Notes under the pieces: model-generated
The model's input: the letters and a program-made list of their open reading frames with translations, nothing else
Told to the model about the DNA's origin: nothing
Databases searched by the model: none
In this document: positions 26,501-32,000 of the stretch, piece after piece
How positions within the stretch are numbered: the first letter of the stretch is position 1
How the letters are laid out: each line of letters begins with the position of its first letter
Translations under genes and position numbers: made by a program
NCBI GenBank assembly: GCA_031316235.1
Contig: JALDRA010000001.1
Coordinates: forward strand, 1,080,001 to 1,112,000
Reading direction: 5' to 3'
DNA length: 32,000 bases
Source: Candidatus Scalindua sp.
Lineage (GTDB): Bacteria > Planctomycetota > Brocadiia > Brocadiales > Scalinduaceae

Positions 26501-29296
26501 ATGACCAGAAACGAAGCACAAACAAGAAAAGAGATAATTGATAAACGGCTCAAGGTTGCCGGATGGGATGTCATGGATCCTTCACAGGTAACACAGGAAC
26601 TTGATATCTGGGTTGGTCTACAGCAGGGAGTAAGAGAACCGCAGACTCCTTATGAAGGTCATCTTTTTGCGGATTATGCCCTTCTCTCGAAAGAGGGCAG
26701 GCCGGTAGCGGTTGTTGAAGCAAAGAAGACATCAGTTGATGCTGAAATCGGAAAAGAACAGGCACGAAATTATGCAGAAAAGATCCAGAAAGCCAGGGGC
26801 GGTCCCATGCCGTTTGTTTTCTACACAAATGGTTACGATATCTTTTTCTGGGATACTGAACAATACCCACCGCGAAAGGTATTTGGCTTTCCCACTATTG
26901 CCGATTTAGACCGTATACGGTTTCTGCGGCAAAACAGCAAGGTCCTCTCCAGTGAGTTGATTAATACCGATATCGCAGGGCGTCCTTATCAGATCCAGGC
27001 AATTCGTTCTGTGCTCGAACGTGTTGAGAAAAAGCACCGGAAGTTTCTTCTGGTTATGGCGACCGGTACAGGGAAAACACGCGTCTGCATGGGGCTTTTA
27101 GATGTACTCATGCGTTCCAACCGGGTTCAGAAGGTGCTGTTTCTTGTAGATCGAATTGCTCTCAGGGAACAGGCGCTAGAAGCCTTTAAGGATCATTTGC
27201 CTAACGCGCCGGTATGGCCTAAGACCGGCGCGGTAAAGTTTGCCCCTGACAGGCGCGTTTATTGTACGACATATCCAACCATGCTCAACCTGATACAGCA
27301 GGAAGAGTGCCCCCTCAATCCTCACTATTTCGACATGGTTGTCGCCGATGAAAGCCATCGGTCAATTTATAACGTCTATAAGAATATCTTTGACTATTTT
27401 GACGCTATTCAGCTTGGCCTGACAGCCACACCGACGGACGCAATAGAACATAACACCTTTCAATTGTTTGACTGCGAAGACGGCCTGCCGACATTTGCTT
27501 ATTCTTATGAAGAAGCCATTAACAACATTCCACCGTATTTATCCGACTTTGAAGTGCTGAAATTACGCACCAGGTTTCAGCAGGAAGGGATAAACAGTAA
27601 GACTATAGCTGAAGCCGAAAAGAACAGGTTGATCCAGGATGGTGAGGATCCGGATGAATACAATTTTGAAGGAACGGAACTCGAAAAGAGAGTCACCAAC
27701 AAAGGGACGAATGCGGTTATTGTGCGCGAATTTATGGAGGAGTGCATAAAGGATCCAAATGGTGTCTTACCCGGGAAGACGATATTCTTTGCCATCTCTA
27801 AAAAGCACGCTTACCGGCTATGCGAAGTATTCGATGCCTTTTATCCTGAATACAGGGGGCAACTTGCGGAAGTTATTATTTCAGGCTTTAAAGGTGTTCA
27901 TGGTAAAGGAGGTATTCTTGACCGCTTTAAGACAAAAGATATGCCCCGCATTGCCATCAGCGTGGATATGCTAGATACCGGCATTGATGTGCTTGAGATT
28001 GTGAACCTTGTCTTTGCCAAACCGGTGTTTTCCTATACGAAATTCTGGCAGATGATTGGGCGTGGTACGCGTGTGCTTGATCCGAATAAGATAAAACCGT
28101 GGTGTCCTGAGAAAGGTAAGTTTCTGATCATAGACTGCTGGGAAAATTTTGAATATTTCAGAATGACTCCGAGAGGAAAAGAGTCAAAAGGAACACGCCC
28201 ACTCCCGGTAAGACTTTTTGATGCTCGGCTTGAAAAATTATTTGTATCTCAACAGAAAGAAGATGAAACTGTTGGGCAGAAGACAGTCCGTACAATAAGA
28301 AAAGATATTACCGCGTTGCCGAGGAACTCCGTTGTTATTTTAGATAATCAACAGTGTCTGGAAAAGGTAACGGATGACAATTTCTGGATACAGGTAACAG
28401 AGGAGAAGCTTGATTATCTGCGCATGCACATAAGCCCGCTTATGCGTGTACTGTCAGATGCAGATTTTAAGGCTATGCATTTTGAGCTGGATGGGGTTGA
28501 TGCCCAGACTGCTCGATTGGCTGGCGATGATGCGCGATATGAGGCCCTGAAAGAAATCATCATTGAGAAGGTCGGCGAACTGCCACTGACCGTGAATGTT
28601 GTTGAACGTGAGCGGGAATGGATCGAGAAGGTACAGTCAAATCATTTCTGGATAACGGCATCAGACGATGCCCTTGATGAGATGATTGTGCGTCTTGCAC
28701 CTCTTATGAAATACCGGCAGACACAAATAACTCCTGAGAAGAAGCTCAATATTCAGGACCTTATCACAGTGAAAGAGACAATTGAGTTTGGTCCTCAGCA
28801 TGAACGAATGACCGTTGATAAATACCGGCGTAAGGTTGAAGGCTTTATTCGTGAGCTTGTAAAAACAAACCCTGTGCTTCAGAAAATTGTCCAGGGAGAT
28901 GCTGTGGATGATGAAGAAATAGAGGGATTGGCAGATATTTTAAAAGAACACTATCCTCATGTGACAGAGTATATCTTACAGGAGATTTATGATAACAAGA
29001 GCGTGAAGTTCATTCAGTTTATTAAGCACATTTTAGGCATTGAAGAGATAGCTACCTATACTGAGACCGTATCTGTTGCCTTTGATGACTTCCTGCGTGA
29101 ACACAACACCTTTGGTGAGAAGCAGATACAATTCATCCTGACCATTAAGACATTTATTCTTCACCGAGGTTCTGTGGAGAAAAAGGACCTTATACATGCC
29201 CCATTTACACAACTGCACCCACAGGGTATTCGCGGCATTTTCCCTCCGAGTGAAATCGAAGAAATTCTTGGTTTTATACAGGAAATTGGGGCATAA
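26501..29296 (+). CDS. hsdR: type I restriction enzyme R-subunit-like protein (HsdR: N-terminal PD-(D/E)xK nuclease, SF2 translocase, EcoEI-R-type C-terminal domain)
   Basis: N-terminus NEAQTRKEIIDKRLKVAGW. Nuclease motif D (26672) ... EAK (26717-26725). Walker A MATGTGKT (27056-27079), DESH (27347-27358), LTATP and QMIGRGTR. The C-terminal helical region resembles the EcoEI R C-terminal domain. Confidence 0.85.
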   Translation: MTRNEAQTRKEIIDKRLKVAGWDVMDPSQVTQELDIWVGLQQGVREPQTPYEGHLFADYALLSKEGRPVAVVEAKKTSVDAEIGKEQARNYAEKIQKARGGPMPFVFYTNGYDIFFWDTEQYPPRKVFGFPTIADLDRIRFLRQNSKVLSSELINTDIAGRPYQIQAIRSVLERVEKKHRKFLLVMATGTGKTRVCMGLLDVLMRSNRVQKVLFLVDRIALREQALEAFKDHLPNAPVWPKTGAVKFAPDRRVYCTTYPTMLNLIQQEECPLNPHYFDMVVADESHRSIYNVYKNIFDYFDAIQLGLTATPTDAIEHNTFQLFDCEDGLPTFAYSYEEAINNIPPYLSDFEVLKLRTRFQQEGINSKTIAEAEKNRLIQDGEDPDEYNFEGTELEKRVTNKGTNAVIVREFMEECIKDPNGVLPGKTIFFAISKKHAYRLCEVFDAFYPEYRGQLAEVIISGFKGVHGKGGILDRFKTKDMPRIAISVDMLDTGIDVLEIVNLVFAKPVFSYTKFWQMIGRGTRVLDPNKIKPWCPEKGKFLIIDCWENFEYFRMTPRGKESKGTRPLPVRLFDARLEKLFVSQQKEDETVGQKTVRTIRKDITALPRNSVVILDNQQCLEKVTDDNFWIQVTEEKLDYLRMHISPLMRVLSDADFKAMHFELDGVDAQTARLAGDDARYEALKEIIIEKVGELPLTVNVVEREREWIEKVQSNHFWITASDDALDEMIVRLAPLMKYRQTQITPEKKLNIQDLITVKETIEFGPQHERMTVDKYRRKVEGFIRELVKTNPVLQKIVQGDAVDDEEIEGLADILKEHYPHVTEYILQEIYDNKSVKFIQFIKHILGIEEIATYTETVSVAFDDFLREHNTFGEKQIQFILTIKTFILHRGSVEKKDLIHAPFTQLHPQGIRGIFPPSEIEEILGFIQEIGA

Positions 29297-29302
29297 ACCA
29301 GT

Positions 29303-29337
29303 AAATAGGGTAATATACACTTTACATTACCCTATTT
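29303..29337 (+). terminator. 12-bp perfect hairpin directly after the hsdR-like stop
   Basis: AAATAGGGTAAT (29303-29314) pairs with ATTACCCTATTT (29326-29337) across an 11-nt loop, and the stem ends in TTT. There is no long U-run, so intrinsic-terminator status is tentative. Confidence 0.5.
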
Positions 29338-29364
29338 AATTTCTGTAGAGCAAAGCCGATCCTG

Positions 29365-29398
29365 AAATGATAATACACCAATCGCTTATTATCATTTA
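29365..29398. promoter_or_regulatory. perfect 11-bp inverted repeat AAATGATAATA / TATTATCATTT (Fur-box-like), with a third copy at 29490-29500
   Basis: The arms at 29365-29375 and 29388-29398 are exact reverse complements. The motif contains the GATAAT hexamer of the Fur-box consensus. It lies in the AT-rich region upstream of fic. Confidence 0.35.
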
Positions 29399-29554
29399 TG
29401 CCAAAAAATAGAAATAAAGCATATTCATATTGTTATTTTGAGCAAACACGTATCAATATCTGTTTATATGGCAATACATAATTAGCGATAAATGATAATA
29501 TAGTTTGTTTAATGAATATCCATGAGTCATAGGCTCACAGAAGAATAAGAAAAT

Positions 29555-29580
29555 GTCATTCCTGCGGAAGCAGGAATCCA
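29555..29580 (+). repeat. GTCATTCC-hairpin repeat (short variant)
   Basis: GTCATTCCTGC-GGAA-GCAGGAATCCA with an 8-bp stem (29558-29565/29570-29577), 48 nt upstream of the fic ATG. Confidence 0.8.
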
Positions 29581-29628
29581 AAAACTTGCGCGAGAATATT
29601 TCTCTGGAGGCCTATAGAGATAAATAAT

Positions 29629-30747
29629 ATGTTTAAAGCTGGAACGTACAAACAACGATATGAATATAAAAGTTTTTTGCCATCTTTCATTAATAAGGAT
29701 TATGAGTGGAAAGACAGGCAGATAGTACTTTTACTTGAGGAAGCTATGTGGTATTTAGGTGAGCTTAACGCTTATTCTGCGCTTGTGCCTGATGCAGACT
29801 TTTTTATTCAAATGCATGTTGCCAAGGAAGCGACGACTTCAAGCCGTATTGAAGGCACAAGAACAAACATTGATGAAGTCGTCCTGCCGGAGAGCGAAAT
29901 CAGCCCGGAGAAAAGAGATGACTGGGCCGAAGTGCGAAACTATATCAATGCCATGAATTACTCTATTAGGCAACTTGAAAAACTTCCTTTATCCATGCGG
30001 CTTTTAAAAGAAGCCCATAGGAAGTTGTTGTCAGGGGTACGCGGCCAGAGCAAATTGCCCGGAGAGATTCGGCGAAGTCAAAACTGGATTGGCGGTTCAA
30101 GCGTAAAAGATGCTCTCTTTTTTCCACCGCGCCATGAGGATTTATCGGATTTATTGACCGATCTTGAAAAGTTCTGGCACAATCGAGAACTCAATATCCC
30201 AAACCACATAAAGCTTGCTATCAGCCATTATCTGTTTGAAACAATTCACCCGCTTCTTGACGGTAACGGCAGAATAGGAAGGCTGCTTATCACGTTGCAG
30301 CTTGTTGATATGACTATTTTAAGGAAACCGTGTCTGTATCTTTCCGACTTTTTTGAAAGGAACAAGGGCTCGTATTATGACGCACTTACTGTGGTACGGG
30401 GTTCTCATGATCTGGACCAGTGGATAAAATTTTTCTTATCAGGAGTGATTTCAACCGCCATGAACGGGAAAGCTACTCTGGAAGCGATCGTAATCCTGAG
30501 AAAGCGATATGAAGAGAGAATCATGACATTAGGGAGAAAAGCCAGGACAGCACAGAATTTCCTGCTTTATCTCTTCTCAAGCCCGATTGTTTCCATCAAT
30601 CAGACGGCGGAATATCTCAATGTGGGTTTTGCCGCCGGTTCAAGAATGATCGCTGATTTTCAGCGGTTTGGTTTTTTAAAAGAGGTAACAGGTTTTTCAA
30701 GAAACAGATTATTCGCTTTATCTGAATATTTAGGTTTGTTTAAGTAG
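29629..30747 (+). CDS. Fic-family protein (AMPylase-type) with an N-terminal inhibitory helix and a probable C-terminal wHTH
   Basis: Fic active-site motif [12 protein letters not shown] (30247-30282). The intramolecular inhibitory motif S-x-x-x-E-G (SSRIEG, 29839-29856) lies upstream of the Fic core. Confidence 0.9.
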   Translation: MFKAGTYKQRYEYKSFLPSFINKDYEWKDRQIVLLLEEAMWYLGELNAYSALVPDADFFIQMHVAKEATTSSRIEGTRTNIDEVVLPESEISPEKRDDWAEVRNYINAMNYSIRQLEKLPLSMRLLKEAHRKLLSGVRGQSKLPGEIRRSQNWIGGSSVKDALFFPPRHEDLSDLLTDLEKFWHNRELNIPNHIKLAISHYLFETIHPLLDGNGRIGRLLITLQLVDMTILRKPCLYLSDFFERNKGSYYDALTVVRGSHDLDQWIKFFLSGVISTAMNGKATLEAIVILRKRYEERIMTLGRKARTAQNFLLYLFSSPIVSINQTAEYLNVGFAAGSRMIADFQRFGFLKEVTGFSRNRLFALSEYLGLFK

Positions 30748-30930
30748 CTGTTGCTTTATAAATATGCCAGATGGCTGAGAAAGAAAAATTGAGACGGAAG
30801 CATCAAATCTCCATAAGGCACTATAGAAAAGGTGGATTTACCAAGGTTACACTTATAGTGACATCTAGAAGGGATACACCGAATTTTAAACTGAATCAGC
30901 ATGGTTTGATTCGGCCTTTGCATGTTTTAT

Positions 30931-31007
30931 TTGTCGCCCCAAAGCTGTCATTCCCGCAGTCTGTTGAGCGGGAATCCAGGATGAACGAGCTTCTGGATAT
31001 CCGATAA
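30931..31007 (+). repeat. about 75-bp repeat carrying the GTCATTCCCGC...GCGGGAATCC hairpin, copy 1
   Basis: The core 30944-30990 is 47/47 identical to 31710-31756. The hairpin stem is 30950-30957/30968-30975. Confidence 0.9.
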
Positions 31008-31163
31008 AAGCGTTCTGGTATGACAAAAGACGTCTACGCAAAAATTAACCTGACAAAGTTGAAACTGAATAATTATTGATGAGATATGGGAACTTATGCA
31101 AGAAATAGCGTGATGTTTAACTGTCATTTTTTTCCCTGCTTTCGGAGGAGTAATCTCATCGGT

Positions 31164-31264
31164 GTCATGCCTGCCCCCGCTTTCGCTGGGATAAACTGCA
31201 GCAGTCGCATGATTGTCATTCCCGCCCCTGCTTACGCAGGGATAAACTCCAGCGGGAATCCAGG
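31164..31264 (+). repeat. tandem long-variant copies of the GTCAT(T/G)CC hairpin repeat
   Basis: GTCATGCCTGCCCCCGCTTTCGCTGGGATAAACTGCAGC (31164-31202) and GTCATTCCCGCCCCTGCTTACGCAGGGATAAACTCCAGCGGGAATCCAGG (31215-31264). The second has a nested hairpin CCCTGC-TTAC-GCAGGG. Confidence 0.8.
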
Positions 31265-31292
31265 AATTATGTAAAGGCGACAGAAACAAGAT

Positions 31293-31583
31293 ATGAAACA
31301 ATATTACGTCTACATACTGGCAAGCAAAAGGAATGGCACCTTATACATTGGTATAACAAATGATTTAATTCGTCGAGTTTATGAGCACAAAAATAATTTG
31401 GTAGAAGGTTTCACAAAAAAGTATAGAGTGCATCGTCTCGTCCATTTTGAGTCGACATTAGATGTAAAGGCGGCTATAGAGAGAGAAAAATGTATTAAGA
31501 GATGGAAGCGCTCATGGAAAATAGAATTGATAGAGGAACATAATCCTGAATGGAAAGATTTGTATTATGAAATAATTGAATAA
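31293..31583 (+). CDS. small GIY-YIG nuclease-family protein (UPF0213-like)
   Basis: 96 aa. YYVYILASKRNGTLYIGITNDLIRRVYEHK carries the GIY/YIG elements, and the C-terminus reads REKCIKRWKRSWKIELIEE.NPEW.DLY. Confidence 0.85.
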   Translation: MKQYYVYILASKRNGTLYIGITNDLIRRVYEHKNNLVEGFTKKYRVHRLVHFESTLDVKAAIEREKCIKRWKRSWKIELIEEHNPEWKDLYYEIIE

Positions 31584-31696
31584 TACTGGACCGCTGATCG
31601 GGTTTATCCCTAAGAAGTCAGGAGCAGGTGTAGTGCATCGGTCCAAAGCAAATAACTAATCAGGATTGTCCGATAAGGTTTTTGCGGGTATTATAT

Positions 31697-31775
31697 TCGT
31701 TGCCACAACGCTGTCATTCCCGCAGTCTGTTGAGCGGGAATCCAGGATGAACGAGCCTTTGAATATTCGACAATA
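31697..31775 (+). repeat. about 75-bp repeat carrying the GTCATTCCCGC...GCGGGAATCC hairpin, copy 2
   Basis: The core 31710-31756 is identical to 30944-30990, and the flanks are similar but diverged. Confidence 0.9.
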
Positions 31776-31832
31776 TGTTCATGAATAGCAAAACCTAACT
31801 GGATTACGTTAAGGCTTTCAAATATTGAATTC

Positions 31833-31989
31833 TATATAGTGTTTGAACGAAAACTACCCATCTACTGCGTTGCTGCAATAATTTCGCAATCCTCAAGTAC
31901 AATTGTACGTTCCGGTTACGAAATTATTGAGCGCCTAGTACCTAGGCACTTTTCATTCAAACACAGGGTTTTCGTTCAGACACTATATA
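31833..31989. mobile_element. 157-bp MITE-like element with 22-bp terminal inverted repeats
   Basis: TATATAGTGTTTGAACGAAAAC (31833-31854) matches the reverse complement of GTTTTCGTTCAGACACTATATA (31968-31989) at 21/22. There is no ORF inside. A related partial copy lies at 16071-16154. Confidence 0.75.
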
Positions 31990-32000
31990 ATAATGCATTG

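Noticed and set aside
26323-26574. 83-aa minus-strand ORF
   Set aside because: It lies inside the inverted-repeat element and overlaps the 5' end of the well-supported hsdR-like gene. It has no RBS or domain signal.
30771-31301. ORFs 30771-31007 (+), 30948-31301 (-) and 31086-31274 (+)
   Set aside because: They overlap one another, and their translations are dominated by read-through of the hairpin repeats (SFPQSVERESRMNE, VIPAPAYAGINSSGNPG). They are most likely artefacts.
29555-31775. CRISPR array
   Set aside because: The repeats are palindromic, but they vary in length, are irregularly spaced (25 nt to more than 1 kb apart) and are interrupted by genes. No cas genes are present. This is a REP/MITE-like family, not a CRISPR array.

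Overview
The window is about 40-45% GC and bacterial. Its gene content (PPDK, Ni-CODH CooS, a CxxCH multihaem protein, GlcD/GlcF-type oxidoreductases) suggests an anaerobe, but the taxon cannot be fixed from sequence alone. Positions 1-20.5 kb are core metabolism and redox housekeeping: purH, a ppdK-TPR operon, then a long minus-strand run of iscU-like, PHP histidinol-phosphatase-like, rubrerythrin-like, TlpA-like, cooS, a Fur-family regulator and a GlcF/GlcD/GlcD-like trio. These are followed by a secreted trihaem cytochrome plus FGE-like pair and a DAG/lipid kinase. From about 20.5 kb the content becomes an accessory, defence-island-like region. It starts with a repeat-rich divergent intergenic region. 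Next comes a translationally coupled pair: an SprT-like/DUF2786 metalloprotease and a 969-aa MrfA-type SF2 helicase with a DUF1998 Zn module and a C-terminal DEDDh exonuclease. This pair is the best candidate for an undescribed system. After it come hicB with a hicA that lacks an ATG start and is absent from the ORF track, a small membrane protein, an inverted-repeat element, an orphan type I HsdR-like enzyme with no M/S genes in view, an autoinhibited Fic protein, and a small GIY-YIG nuclease embedded in a cluster of palindromic repeats. A 157-bp MITE-like element closes the window. Several interspersed repeat families link the intergenic regions at 9.1, 16.1, 20.6, 26.3 and 31.8 kb. A roughly 400-nt GC-rich non-coding island at 7.1-7.5 kb remains unassigned. 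All functional calls rest on motif recognition by eye; no database search was run.
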